Shown: positions 48,955 to 63,111 of the stretch, in pieces
How positions within the stretch are numbered: position 1 is the stretch's first letter
Layout: each line of letters opens with the position of its first letter
Assembly (NCBI RefSeq): GCF_021028975.2
Contig: NC_059426.1
Location: forward strand, 66,712,001-66,776,000
DNA from: Sphaerodactylus townsendi
Lineage: Eukaryota
Reading direction: 5' to 3'
DNA length: 64,000 bases
Notes under the pieces: model-generated
The model's database searches: none
The model's input: the letters and a program-made list of their open reading frames with translations, nothing else
Told to the model about the DNA's origin: nothing
Made by a program: the position numbers and the translations under genes

Positions 48955-48968
48955 CCAGCAGGGGGCAG
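48955..48968 (+). promoter_or_regulatory. Candidate CTCF site
   Basis: CCAGCAGGGGGCAG, an exact match to the core CCASYAGRKGGCRS, outside recognisable repeats. Confidence 0.6.
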
Positions 48969-51139
48969 TGGGGTTGCAAATATATACTCTTTCCTTGCAT
49001 TGGTGAAAAAATGCAAGGGAATGAATTTTATTGCAAAGAGGCACATGAAGCCTTACCAAGGACCTCATGGCCACACATGCTGAAGGTGTGATGTGTAACG
49101 TGCCTTGCCCCATCTGCTTTCACACTGCTCTCTTCAGCAAATGCTGAAGAAAAACTCTGTTGGCTGCTTTTAACGTTCTTTAGCCAATTTCTGGAGTTTC
49201 ACACACCTGAGGTCTCCCCATCTCAAGATTTTCTTCAGGTGTGATTGCCAGAGACTGTTTATGACATGTATCATGCCCAGAATTTAGTCTAAAGCCAGCT
49301 GCCTTTTCTTTCACAGAACTGTGGCACATGAGCGCTCTAGCCTTGGCAGTGTTCCAAAGTTTTCATTGAAGTGAGAGCTTTTTATACTCTCCAAAACTCT
49401 GTTATCCATTGTGTATACCAGCTGGGGGATCAGTATGCTACACAAAACCACATCTATATGACTGGTGCCTCCCCCCCAATCTAACATCACCCACTAGCTT
49501 GTTCAATAAATCTCCCACGGCTGCCATAAATTCCAAACAACAAGGAGAACTTGCCAAGCACCTAACATACTGTGTAGCTGAAGTAGACTACAGGACTTGG
49601 CATCATATGCATGGGGGGGGGGGGAGGGTCCTAAAAGCCACTCCAGTGGGTCATGTGAGGAGGGCAGAGCACTGTTTGGGCCGGCCTGAACAAAGCAAAT
49701 CTAGATTGCTCAAGTAAGTATGCCATGTCATTTACTTTAGAAGGAACTAAATATGGTGCAGGGTGTCTTCTGCTCTGGGAAGATGTGTCTGCTCTCTTAC
49801 TCCTTCTCACCAGGGCAGGAGCAGCAGTGGATAAGAGATGCCGTGACTATGTCCTTTCCTCCATCCTGTGGAGCTGTTAAAGAGATAGAAATATTAGTTG
49901 GGCTGTGACCCACAAGTCTTCCTTCCCTCAGTCTGGGTGAAAACAAGTATCTACTTCTCTTGCTTCTGGCTGCTCTTCAAGAGCTCAGAGGAGAGCTTGA
50001 ACCACAGTGTGTGTGGAAGGAAGGGTTAAATTCATGGTGCAGTCCACTTCTTATGATATCTGCTCCCTGTTTGCCTGGCATTGAAATGTCTGCTCTCAGA
50101 ATTCTGATCAGAGTGATGCTCCTCCACCCCCCGTCCTGTTTACCCCCCTGAGGAATTTGTGCAAGACAACTGGTCTCACCTCAGCCTTCTATCTCTTATG
50201 CAAGACAGTATCAGCTTTGGACCTTTATTTCTGTTGTCTTCCCACCTTCTCTTCTTTGACCCCATCTATTAGCTGAGTTGACTTCAGGTGAGAGCTTTTG
50301 ATTCTAGGCCTCAAGACTCTGAGATTCTCCTTGCACTGCTAAAGGCGAGTTGTTTCGTTGGTACTCCTGAGTTCAGGCATTTCTCCAGCTACGACCTTTT
50401 TGATCAAGGACAATGTACTTTGCATATGCAGAGGACAGTGAGTGGGGTTGTTCAAGAAGGTAAGGAAGTACTCCCAGATATAAACGAGAGCTAGACAGAA
50501 GGTATTTTGATGGGGGCATTTGGAAGGAAGGAACGGCAGTTTCAAAAGCATCAATTGGGAAGGTTGCACAGAAAAGGTCAAGACATTTATGAAGATCATT
50601 CTGGTAGGTTAGTTGCTCTGGGCGACTTCTCACTATGTGAGTTTGAGCTCAGAGCATTGCTAGCATTAAACGATTCAACCACAAACTGAGCAACCAAAAA
50701 CAACAACCATGCCACCAACATTGGATATAGGGTTCCCTGCCCATTGGGGGACTCCACAGGTATGCAGAAGAATAGGACTTTGTAAATGAACTGAAAAGGG
50801 GAAAAAACCCAAACCTTTTAAAAAAGAGGTTCTCATGAAGACTGAAAATAATCCATAGGAAACAGGTTGGCTGAGAACAGCTGAAAGTCAGTTTAAAGGA
50901 AAATGGACTAGGAGGAGACCTCAGTATGCTCCAAGGCTATAGAAGAACTTAAGAGAATCTCACAAAGAAGAGATTCTGTACAGTGGGGTAGCACTTCAAA
51001 ATTGTCCCTTTTCTATAGATGCTCAACTTGTTCCAATCTGAACACTAAGGGACTGCATCCTACAGTGCAACCCAAAGCATGTACACTCAGAAGTAAATTC
51101 TGTTGATGTGCCTTATTCCTTTGTAAAGGAGGAGTAAGG

Positions 51140-51428
51140 GCAGTGGTGTAGGCGGTTAAGAGCTCGTGTATCTAATCTGGAGGAACCGGGTTTGATTCCC
51201 AGCTCTGCCACCTGAGCTGTGGAGGCTTATCTGGGGAATTCAGATTAGCCTGTACACTCCCACTTCTCAGAGCTCTCTCAGCCCCACTTACCTCACAGGG
51301 TGTTTGTTGTGAGGGGGGGAAGGGCAAGGAGATTGTAAGCCCCTTTGAGTCTCCTGCAGGAGAGAAAGGGGGGATATAAATCCAAACTCCTCCTCCTCCT
51401 CCTCCGCTGCTGCTGCTGCTGCTGCTGT
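51140..51428 (+). mobile_element. Squam3-type SINE with (CCT)n(GCT)n tail
   Basis: Same head and body with an internal deletion. Confidence 0.8.
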
Positions 51429-54400
51429 CAGGCCTCCCTGCAAGAGTACAGGGGACAAGGAAATGTGATAAATTCACTGATCTATATATGCCCATGCAGT
51501 TGCAAAGATTTAAGAGCACCTTTCTTATGTGAGTGCAGCAATTCCCCTGCCTTGCAGTAGCTCACTTGTCCCCCTCAGTGTTCCCCCTGGGAATCAGCAG
51601 AATCTCAGGAAAAGCATATTGGGGAGGGGGGGTCTGCAGTGGAAAGGGGCGAATCAGCGGAAATTGCTATCCTTCTTTTAAAAACACAAGTGCTCTTAAA
51701 TTTTCAGAATGTGGAAGGAGACTAGCAAGGAAAGAGCCCATTCTTTATATGGTTTCATATTTGGTTTCCTTGTGGGAATTTGATAGTATTTTTTTCAGGC
51801 CTCGCAAATTTCCTGGGTCACACTATATGTTCTGGAATATGTACAGCCAAAAGGCAATGGAACATTCCAAAATTTCAATGTTTGTAGCATTTCAAGGAAA
51901 TGGAAACTGTAGGGCTCTCTCAATGTCATCCAATGTTGTGCTTTACATTCCTCTCATTTTCAGAAATGTGTTGTTGCTTCTACCAGAATAAATCAGGGGG
52001 GGGGGGGAGGGATTCAGACAAATCTAGTTTGATGAAACTAAAGGATGCTTTAAAAATCAGGAGAGAAACTATTCATTTTCAGATGAGATTATAAGGGTTG
52101 TGTTTCCTTTTGGTTTTGGTCTGGAAAATACCAAGGTCTACTCAGGGTGTGATTTGAGGTCTTAACACAAGAGGTCTCCCTATCCCAGGATCACAGAATC
52201 TAAATGTGCTTAAGGCTGAGCTTGCCATCAAACAAGGACCGGAGGTGCAGTCCAAAGCTGGTGCTCTGCTGCATTCCTTAGCTCCTATACAGATACGGTA
52301 GTGATTTAAACAGTCTAAGTAAAGGGTAGAGGGGAATCATGGTGTGAATTCCCCCTTCCCAACCCCAAATTTCCTTTTGCTCTACTGATCTTAAATTATA
52401 CTGTTCAAAAATGCAATCTTCTGTTCTTGACAGGATTCCACGGGATCTGCCTTAAATTCCCCTTCCAACTCCACATCAGGACATGACTTCCCTTCCCTTC
52501 TCTTCTCTGTTTTCCAATTGTAGCAAAAAAAGAAAAAGCTGAATGGAGGTTTATCCATCAATCCCTTAAGGAACCTATAAACATGTTTCTGGCAGAGATC
52601 AGGGCACTGATACCAAAAAGGTTTTAGTTCAAATAGCAGGAGGCATTTGATGACTGGATAATAATAATAATTTCAGACAGCAATTACAATAAGAGACAAG
52701 CTTATTTACTGCCTGAAAGGGGGAGAATCCATTTTTAGCAAACCGGCAAATAGTAATCTGCAGGAGTGTGCCATCCTGGCTCTTTAAATCCTATGCTCTT
52801 TGAAGCCCCGCCCCAGCAGCTGTTACTGTAACCCCTTAGGCTGGTACATTGTCTGGTTCCTGGCAGAAAGCTCCTCCCTGGCTTTTCCAGTGCCGTCAGT
52901 CATTCATTTCCTCTTGTCCGCCTTGGGTGACTGGCTAGCAGCAGATGCTCTGGCTCTGTGTGGCTGTGAGCCAAGAAGTGCAGGGAGCTAGGGATTACAT
53001 GGTGGGGGTGGGGGGAGGAGGTGAAGAGGGATGGGAAGGGCAGAGATAACTCCCTTTAATTACAGCAACATACACAATAGCAGGTGTGTTATCCTAGCTG
53101 TATGTGCTTGGAGACCATTTGCTTTATAGCCAGGACCCTGAATCCACTCACATTATCAGTCCAGGGAAACTTGACAGCCGCACAATCCATCAGTTACCTG
53201 GGGACAGGTGTGCCTGTTGCTGGTCTTGGCAACTATTTTTAATGGCCACTTCAGAATCAATACAACTCTTGGCTGCCCTGGCAAATTGTGTGCTCATGAT
53301 AGGGTGCTGGTTATTGTCAGTGTCCCTCTCCCCTGGGAGCAACGGTCTCTTGGTGGGGTTCAGAAATCTCCCAGTATTACAATTTCCAGACTACATGTGT
53401 CAGTCTGCCTGGACAAAAGGCTGCTTTGAAGGGTAGAGGGCTAAGGTCCCCCACCTCCCCAGGCCTCATTCTTTCCAGGATCTGCCTCCTAAATCTTCAG
53501 GAATTTCTGAACCTGGAGTTGGCAAGTCATCAGGGAACATGGTCTGAAAAAGTTCACTGTGGAGTAAATGTTATGGAAGGCAGGTTATGAAGGGGTCTGT
53601 TGAATTAGGCTCCAGTTCCCACAAGGATTGTCCCCAGAACTTTAGAACAGACCTATACAACTTGTGACTTGCCAGACCACATTCAGCTCCCAGCCATTAT
53701 GTTTGTTACAAAAAAATGTTTTGCATTCCATGGACAAGCAATGGTCAGCACTAAAAGTCCAAAACACAACAATGAAAATATCAAAACTAGTTATCAAGTT
53801 ACTGTCTAATATCAAACCACAAGAAAAATAATCCCTTTTCAATACTTACATAGGCCTCCTGGACCAAACACACGGTTTCTGGATGACCTGAACATACTTC
53901 TGAGAGGATTGAAACTGCTCCGCTGTTTGCGAAACCTTATCCAGAAAAAAGAAATAGTAATAATTCCACAAAAAACACTTAAATGGAATACTTCCACAGA
54001 AACTGCTGAGTTGGGATTCATATGACTATATCAAGCAGGTGCCATTGATAATGGAAGAGGCTTGAAACCTCAAATAGTAATCTTCCTCCTTGTACGCAAA
54101 TAAAACTGATATTTATTACCAGTTGGATTAGGATAACACCCATTCTAACTGGATCATTTAACTACTTTAAAGGATCTTTTTAAAATTTTGTATTCCATTA
54201 AGTGGCACAGAGTGGTAAACTGCACTACTGAAGACAGAAGCTTTGCTCGCAACCTGAGTTTGATCCCGATGGAAGTCAGCTTCATCTAGCCTACTCAAAG
54301 TTAACTCAGCCTTCCATCCTTCTGGGGTTGGTAAAATGAGTACCCAGCTTGCTGGAGGTAATGCAGATGACTGGGGGAGGCAATGGCAAACCACTCAATG

Positions 54401-54530
54401 AACTTAGTCTGTGTAGTAAATGTCATGATATATTCAGCCAGGGAGAAATGGAACAGAACATACAGTAGGGGAAATTCAGCACAGAATAAATTAAGAGGTA
54501 GTATCTGGCTACCTGCCTACTTTAAATTAA

Positions 54531-54722
54531 TTCAAATCTCCAGGGCCTGATGAACTACATCCCAGAACTGGCAGAAGTAATCGCAGAACCATTTGCTATA
54601 ACGTTTGAGAACTCCTGGAGAACAGGAGAAGTCCCAGCTGACTGGAGAAAAGCTAATGTTGCCCTCATCTTCAAAAAGGAAAAAAAGAGGACCCAAACAA
54701 TTACTGCCAGTCAGCCTGTCAT
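54531..54722 (+). mobile_element. CR1 LINE ORF2 (reverse transcriptase region) fragment
   Basis: KSPGPDELHP...ELAEVIAEPFAITFENSWRTGEVPADWRKANVALIFKK is the characteristic CR1 motif; frameshifted. Confidence 0.9.
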
Positions 54723-55916
54723 CAGTACCAACTGCTTGGGGTTGGCATAAGAAAGGATTAGAGAGTTAAGGGAAACCTTACAAAAAGTAGTTTGTCTTTT
54801 TACAATCATTAACAAGTTGGAAATGGCTATGCCTATTGACTTCAATGGAGTTCCAAATATTTGGAAAATTTCTGCATTCTGAATTCCAAATCCAAAGGAT
54901 CCCAATTTCAAATTTTGAGACTGAATTCTGAAACCAGATATTTGTACTGTGCAAATCCCTGGTAGAAAAGTGACCTGGGAGGATACTTGTAGGCTTTGAG
55001 GATATCATATTACATGCTCATGGTGGTGATTACGATATGCTTTTTATTGTGTGTGGAAAGTAACACCATCACAAAGAATACAGATGGCAGCAAGTGAGGC
55101 TGCTGCAAAAGCTTCTCATTCAGTTCACACTCACTTATAGAATGCTGAACTTGGATTTGGGAGACTCCAACTCTGAATCCCTGCTCTGCCATGGAAACTT
55201 GCAGGATGATTTTGGGCCACTCCTACACTGACAGCTTAGCCTATTTCAAAGGGTTGCTTTCTCAAAGGATAAAATGGAGGAGAGCAGAATGATAGCTTTG
55301 AGTTCCCATTGGGAAAAAGGGCAGGAAACTAGAGTTTTGACCAGCTAGTTCTGCCTGCCTGCCTATATATCTGATCATGGAAGAAAAGGAGGCATGGTGT
55401 AGCATGAACTCATTAGATCTTGGAGGTTATGCAGGATGACTACTTGAAAGGGAGGAAGGCTACTGAAGAAGGCAGTGGCAAACTACTGCTTGTCACTTGC
55501 CCTGAAAACCCCTTGCTATGGTTGCCAAAAGTGGCCTGTGATATGCTGGCACTTTACACACACATATAGGATAATTGCTCTCCAGTAAAAGCCACAAGTT
55601 GTCATTTGTACATCATCTCCTAAGCATTGCAAGCCGTGACCTGATAGTTTAGTCATTTTAGCTCCTTGGGAGAGTCCTGGCTAATTCATAGAGTCACCAT
55701 AAGCAGGAAGTGCCTTGAAAGCCCTTAACACCCACACTTGCCATATGTCACTTGCACGTTTCATCACCAGGGGTTGCAAAGTTTATGAACTGAGTTATTT
55801 CTCCACCCTTCACCAAAACATTCCTTGGCTTATGATTGGTCTGTTAAAGGAATACTTATATGATTTTGCACTTTATGTATCCTATATGACCTTACTCTTC
55901 CTTTGGGATAGCCCAA

Positions 55917-56433
55917 AGCAGTAGTGGCATAGTAGTTAAGAGCCGGCAGTGGCATAGCACCAATGGGGCGGGTGTGTGCGTGAGATGCTCTGGGCAGAGC
56001 CACATTGGAGGCATAACCGAGACATTCTGGGGTGCTCCAGGGGTGTTCCAGGGCAAGGCGGGGCTGGGCGATGCTGCAACAAAGGTGTAGAGTGCGTGTG
56101 TGCCCTGGGCACAATTTCCCCTTGCTCCACCTCTAAGAGCAGGTGCACTCTAATCTGGAGAACCGGGTTGATTCCCTGCTCTGCCATTTGAGGTGTGGAG
56201 GCTTATCTGGGAAACTAGATTAGCCTGTGCACTCCAACACATGCCAGCTGGGTGATCTTGGGCTAGTCACAGCTCTTCAGAGCTCTCTCAGCCCCATCCA
56301 CCTCACAGGGTGTTTGTTGTGGGGGTGGGGGAAGGGAAAGGAGATTGTAAATTCCTTTGAGTCTCCTTACAGGAGAGAAGGGGCAGGTTATAAATCCAAA
56401 CTCCTCCTCCTCCTCCTCTTCCTCTTCCTCTTC
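55917..56433 (+). mobile_element. Squam3-type SINE interrupted by a hAT-type MITE (55947-56135)
   Basis: SINE head resumes after the insert; 8-bp TSD AGAGCCGG/AGAGCAGG. Confidence 0.8.
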
Positions 56434-57835
56434 TTTATATCTTTACAATAATCCCATGGCCAATATGTAGACAGAGAGTCGGTGACTTCATAGTACTTCC
56501 ACAGACTTCATGTGTGGTTCCTGAGATAATATACTGGGTAATATACAAGAAGAGATGTAGAGACTCTATCCTTCTGAAGAGCTAAATGCATTGAGTTTGG
56601 TCAGGCCAATAACAAAATTTGTAACCCCATCATTTTTCATTTTCTTTCAAGATGTTGTCAATATTTTTATTCTGTCGAGGGATAGACAAGAGGGAGAGCA
56701 ACGCATGATGAGCAACTTATTATTGTCTTCATTATGTCTGAGCATGTCTAGGCTTTGCCTGCTCTGCTGTTGACATTAACGTCTCAGTGAGATACATTCA
56801 AGAGCCTTCCAGTCAAAGAGGAACCATGTGCTCATTCAGTTTTCTCTCAGTACATTTCTACCAGGTAAGACACGAGATCCGTTGCTTAGCAACTGGGTTA
56901 TCTGTAACATACTGTACCTTCCTTTTCCAAAAGGGTAAAGAAAGAAAAACATCACTCGTTTCAAAGAGAGGGAAGGGTGCTAAAGATACCTGATGCCTTA
57001 TCATACTGATCTTTATCCAATACACAGGAAGTCACTTGCCCCTGGAGAATCCCATATGGTTTTCTCCTTAGGAGCTCAAGACGTTTCCAAATGCACTCTG
57101 ACTCTCTTCTTCATTCCAAATTCTTAATTCTGAATAGGAGCACAATCATGGTGTGATAGCTAATGTGAATAGGTGGTATATTTCTTAGTACTAGAATGTC
57201 GAGACAAACAACCTTACTTGTGAATTTCCAGGCTGCTGTTGGAAACTAAATACTGTGTTACAGAGACCCTAGATCTGATTCAGCACAGTTGGTCTTAGGT
57301 TCATATCAGCAAAGGAGAAGGCAGCTTTGGCATGGTGTAGCTGAAACAGAGCCCCCTCCCCCCCTCCCTTGCCCCGCAAGCGCGCACGCACGCACGCACG
57401 CACGCATGCACACACACACTTGAGAATATGTTTGAGCTTTAAAGTAGATATGCTGCAGCAACCACCAGTTGGCCTTATCTTCAAAAAGGGCATCACAGGA
57501 GCTGAATGTGCAACAGCTTCAAATAATTCAGATACGTCTGCCATAGAACTGCTTCTTCTGCTCATGCACAGAAAGGCATTAAGCTCATGAAACATTCCCC
57601 TGATGCAGGCCATTGCCCATTGTTTAAAGAAAGAATGGCTAAAATAATATTTAAAAAAAGGATTATTTTTCTTATTGTTTGGCATCTATCTAAACATGTC
57701 CCATAATCTGAATACTAACGGCTGCTGAACTGTCAAGTTCGACAACAGTTCACACATTTGTGTCCTTGCTCGGCCCCTGGGGAGATGTAATTTGTCCCTC
57801 TCCCCACATCATTGGAGTAAATAGCTGTTAGCATT

Positions 57836-59091
57836 TGTGAGGACCGTGCCCACCCCTCCTTTAGTCAAGACCCCCTTAGATGGTAGGGTTTCCCTTTTAT
57901 TTTGGACTTAGCTGTTTTCATAGGCACCTTCTTTTACAGCCTAAGTGCCAAGACCCAAGGGAGCTAAAACTTAGGGAATCTCATAAAGGCACTTGGGTCC
58001 AACTGTGTCTTTGGAAATTACCAGGAATGAAGAGGCAGAGTGTTGCAGCAAGAAAAACAGAGCGTGTGCAGTATCCCCCCAGCTCAGTGGCGTATCACTG
58101 TCAAGAACCAAAAAGGCTTTTCAGCACTGGAGACATCCCCCAATATCCTGATGTCCCCCAGAGGCATCTGCCCAGCAGCCCTTCATTTCCCAACTGCCAG
58201 TTACTCTTCTTCCCTTTTTTCCCCACTCCATCAAGAAGGGCACTTATGCCATTAATTCCGTCTCCCCCCGATCTTGTTTCCTGAGATATGCCTCCTCACC
58301 CAGACTCTTTGTGCCAATGCAGATTTGGCTCCAAAAACCTAATCTAGGCATTTCCCACCCCCATCCCACCAAAGTTTGGCATGAGTTAACTTTAAACCAG
58401 CCAGTAAGATTTCAGCTTTTTACCTTGACCCAATCCAAAGCCAGAATGGTCAAACTCCCATCTACTCCTGGATCCTTCTGTCCTTAAAAGAAGAAGCCCC
58501 AGATGCAGCAATTGGTTTCTCAGGTCTCCAGTCCAAATCTCTGCTGGTCAGAACTCTGGTTTCCTTCTGAGAACCCCTGATGGCTTTTGCAGGTTTCTCC
58601 TCCTTGGTTTGCTGGCTCCTCACTCCATTTCTCTTGCATGGATCGCTGCTGCAGTTTCCCTGGACAGTGGTGGGATTCAGCAGGTTCACACCACTTCAGC
58701 AAACCGGTTGTTAAATTATTTGAATCCCACCACTGCCCCTGGACCTCTCCAGCTTTGAACCTCAAGATGTAAGCTGTATGTCCATTCCCTAAAACTTCCC
58801 AATGTCCCCCCTTCTCCCCTTTTCAAGTACACCCTTTTGTTGGGAGGGTGTGAGTGTGCTTAGGGAACTAGCTCCCAGGTGCTTAGTGTGGGTTCTTTAT
58901 ATTTTATTTCTTATACAATAAAATTATTCGTTTGTTTTTGCAATCACTTTCTCTCCCTGCATGATTTTATTTTAAGATGCCCCTACTGAGATCTGATCTG
59001 GTTTACCCAGACTGCAAGGTTTGTTATTATTCCTTTCTGGAGCCCTTTCAGAGCCATTTCCCCCCCTTCTCTGGACCCAGTTTGGGCAACA
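57836..59091 (+). mobile_element. Solo LTR (ERV/Gypsy type) with a nested MITE at 58665-58735
   Basis: TG...CA termini, 4-bp TSD CATT (57832-57835 and 59092-59095), AATAAA at 58917; nested MITE TSD TCCCTGGA/CCCCTGGA. Confidence 0.65.
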
Positions 59092-60556
59092 CATTTTCAG
59101 GTTAAAGGATAATAAAGGGATTTTTGTGTGTGTGCAGAACTCACAGTGGCAACTAGGCTTGTGCCAGCAGCCACACAGCCTGCCCTAGTCAGGAGTACAT
59201 TTTCCTGCCCTCCGGAGGGAGAGTTCTCTGGGGAAGCCCGGGCTCTCCCTAGGCAACCATCTGCATCAAAAGCAGGAGCAGCTGCCTCATCGGTGGTTGC
59301 CATGGAGAGAAGGCAGCAGAGGTTCAAAAATATTGCTCTGTTTTCTTCTGAATGGATCAATTGGTTGTTCAGGTGGCTTCCTTATACAAAAAGTTGGGAT
59401 CCCGTCCCTGGCCACGGATGATGAATCTTGTGATTTCAAGGCTGGTGCCAGCAACTGTGCACCCAGCAGCAGCAAGCAACACAGCCAGTGCAGACTTTTT
59501 TTAAAAAAATGCTTCTTCCACTGCAGGTGAAAACAGGTCAAGCAAGTTTCAGTTCCCCAGAACAGCTCATCCCATGGGGGGGTGGGGGGCAGGGGGCAGG
59601 GGAGAGAGATGAATATTTCCCCCTTCTCCAAAAATGATCGTTATGGGTTAGCCATTTCTCCCAGAAGTGGGAGATGTCGACTGCACATTGAAGAAACACC
59701 GTCGGAGGAGAGAGGCGAGGAGTTTACTTATTCTGTTAAGAACTCCGGAGCATGGAGACTCCTCCACACAATTCCTGTTGGAGCCTGCAGAGGGGCACCA
59801 AGTGTTGTTTCCAAAGGGACTGCCCAGCCAGGATCATGAACCTCTGATCAAATGGGCTCTCAAGATCCAAAAGAGCTTTTCAGCACAGACTCCAAGAGCC
59901 ATTTCAAAAACCCCAACTTACTACATTCATACTGGATTCAACTGCAAGAGAGCATCCGGGAGTTAATGTCCTCTGGGATGGGCCCTGTCGTTAGCTAGAG
60001 TAAGGAGGCTGGAGGAGGCATGATCCAGTACTTGGGCTAGCCAGACTTCCTCTGGACTGCATATTTACCACTCCAAAGAAAACCATTTTGGAGAGACTCG
60101 TCTTCTCAGGGCATGGTAAGTGTCTTGCCTTGGCACCGCATCCACAATGGCCACACCACAAGATTGCCGCTGCCACTGTCCTTGTCACACATTGCACATG
60201 GTCTCCATGGTGGCCTGCCTGCTTCCCTGCTGTGCCAACACCAGTTTTTATGCCTGCATTTCATTCCAATTATGCCATGACAGAGGGCAATTGGCATAAT
60301 GGAGCTAGAGCCGTTATGATAAATGCGTCCTGTCACCTGGGGGACAGGGACACCGGGCCTTTTGCTCATCATCCACGAGGAATCTGCGATGCACCATGTG
60401 AGAACCGATATGAAATATGTCCTGGCTGTTGCTCTTCCACTGCATGGAGGAGAGATTCGTCGTGGCTGTTGCTATTCTGTGATCATAATGAATTGCCAGC
60501 ACCTGGGTTATACAGTGTTCCAAAAGCTTGGGGTGCAGGTGGCTTTCCCTCTAGCG

Positions 60557-60713
60557 CAGGGGTCTCTAACCTGCGGCTCTCCAGATGTTCAGGGACTACA
60601 ATTCCCATCAGCCTCTGCCACCATGAGCCATTTCAAAATGCCACCATGGTGGCAGGGGCTGATGGGAATTGTAGTCCATGAACATCTGGAGAGCCGCAGG
60701 TTGCAGACCCCTG
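60557..60713. mobile_element. Palindromic hAT MITE with ACTACAATTCCCA arms
   Basis: CAGGGGTCT...AGACCCCTG TIRs; TSD CTCTAGCG/CTCTAACA. Confidence 0.85.
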
Positions 60714-61375
60714 CTCTAACAGGTTGAAGTATTGATACACAAAGGATTGCCTGGCCAAGCTTATTAAAGTCTCCATTGTGCAGAATCCAGCCAGGAGGGG
60801 GACCCAGAGCTGCACTTCTCCTTCCCTAAAATGCTGACCATCTTCCCGCAAGTGGCTTATGCCTGCAGCCAAAGATAATCCACCCACAAACAGCATCACT
60901 TTCAATGTTGTTTTAACTGGGGACCCCAGATTCTCCCTTTAAGGTGGACTTAAAAGGAGAATCTAGTTTAAACACCATTGAAAGTGATGCTGTTTGGGGG
61001 TGGATTCCAGCATCACAGTGGCCGCCCATGGGGCGCCCCCCCCTGTAAAACTCATTTTGCACTGGGCTCCACTTTCCCTAGCTATGCCTGTGCCCGGAGG
61101 GGAGGGCAGAAGGGACTGCTCGCTGCTGGCTGGGAGCCCAGCCGGTGGGGGGGGGGGGAACAGGCAGGGCAGGGCAGGGGAGTCTGCTGTCCCTGGCCTC
61201 GGAGAGCTGCTTTTATAAGCACTGAGGCCGGGGGTGGGGCTTGGGGAGGTGTGGCCTGATGCCAGGGGTGGGTGGGGGTGTGGTCCCGTCCCCCAAACCT
61301 CCTCATAAAAATCTATACCTATATCACTGATCTTCAGTCTCCTATTTTGTGGAGAAAATTTATTCTGAATCTAAT

Positions 61376-61376
<1 letters not shown>

Positions 61377-61418
<42 letters not shown>
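61377..61418. repeat. (CT)n microsatellite
   Basis: Direct reading. Confidence 0.95.
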
Positions 61419-61420
<2 letters not shown>

Positions 61421-62934
61421 TGACATCACCACAAGCTGCCTCTCTCTTGGAATCCCTCACTTCCACCCAACACAGCAAAGCATCTACATTAGATCCCATC
61501 AAATAAGCTGATTACAATACACGCACACAGAGACAGATGTCGCTCAAGCAGGACACAGCAATTAAAGGGACAGAGTCAACATGTACAGGGTGGGTAGCAT
61601 TGGCTAAGGTTGGAAGTATGGACTCATTTCATGGGAGAGCTAGCCGGCCACTGAGTGCATGCTAATGCCCTCCCAGTGACTCTTCCTAGTATGCTAGTCA
61701 TGTTTTTTGTTGTGCAGGGTGGAAAGGAACAATAGAGTTGGACAGCCAAACCCTAAGATTCTAAAAGCAAATTCTTGTGAAAACTATGGCCCAGTTGTGC
61801 AGTGTTGGACGTGGGTCCAGGGGAGTGTGGGGCGGGGATTTGGGGGGGGGCTGTTCATGTTCCGGGCACAGTTTCCCCTCCCTTCATCATCCTTAGAGGT
61901 AGATAGCAATGCAGTGCCAAGATGGATGCCATCCCTGCATTGGTTCAGTGATACCAGTAAGAACAAGAACCTACCTGGGCAAGGTCTCCTGCCAGCATTA
62001 ACTTCCAAATAGCCAGCCTCACCTTTTCTAAAGCAATTTAAAAAATGCAGAGCCTTCAGTCTGGGAAAAGTTGTTCCTACCTTAACCACAGAGCACCTGC
62101 TCCATGAAACAAACAGTATGCTAACTAATTTCATCAATGTTTCCTTTCAGTCTTTCTTCAACCCACTAATCCCATCTTCTCATTTCCTGACAAACCTCTA
62201 CAAAAGACCATTTCCATTTGTATTGGCCTTATCCCGGGACTGTAATTGTATCAGTTCCACCCTAAAATCTAATAATTTCTGGACTCTCCTCAGGCTAGGG
62301 TCATTAAGCCTAAGTGTCCACCTCTTGTTCCTCTCCAGAGAAGAACAGCCAACTTTGTCCAGGAAGATTTGGCTCTCTTAACATTTCAAGATGGCCAGAT
62401 TTTCCTATATAAACCTTTGGACCAGTTACACTGTGTCCAGTGTATTCTGAATTGCCATGGTTCAGTTTCACTGCCTGCCGGCTGCCTTCACTCCATCTCT
62501 TTGGAGCTCAGTGCAGGGAGTGAACTCTGCTCCCTGTTCTCCTTCTTCAGGTAATTAGTGCCTTATTCCCACAAACCCCAATCTATTCCTGAACTTTGCT
62601 CTCAACACTTTCTAAATCCTAGGACTGTGTGAATTCTCTCTGTGTTTGCATTTATCATTTGTATGCTTGTATGTTTGTTATTTTTACTTTTTCCAGGTGA
62701 AACTGTTAAACTTTACCTCTCTGACTCCTACCTCTCTGATTCCTGGCAAATTGATGAATGTCCAAGAAAAAAGTTAAGTATCATAAAGGAAGCCAACATC
62801 CAGGATCACATATTTTAAAACTAGCATATAATATAAAGGATGGTGTTTCCTCCAAAAACGGGAGGAAGGAAGAAGTAAGTACAATGCCACAGGCTTGCTT
62901 TGTAGACAACCATGTGCTAAAGACTAATTTGAGA

Positions 62935-63111
62935 TTGGTTGTTGTATATCTTCTGGGCTATGTGGCTGCATCTGTGGCTGACATGGAAATACATCTTACC
63001 ATGACATGCCTCTGAAGATATCATCCATTGATGCAACCATAGATGCAGGCAAAACATTAGGAGCAACCCTGAAAACCCACCACAACCAGTTGATGAAAGC
63101 TTTTGTGAATA
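62935..63111. mobile_element. Degenerate Penelope-like palindromic remnant
   Basis: CCTCTGAAGA...GATGCAGGCAAAACATTAGG...GAAAACCCACCACAACCAGTTG shared with the other copies. Confidence 0.65.

Noticed and set aside
50288-50689. Consecutive ORFs resembling a decayed coding sequence
   Set aside because: No family recognisable by eye and stops in all frames examined; a BLASTX search would be needed
60088-60727. 197-aa and 134-aa ORFs
   Set aside because: Run into a MITE; no domain or splice support
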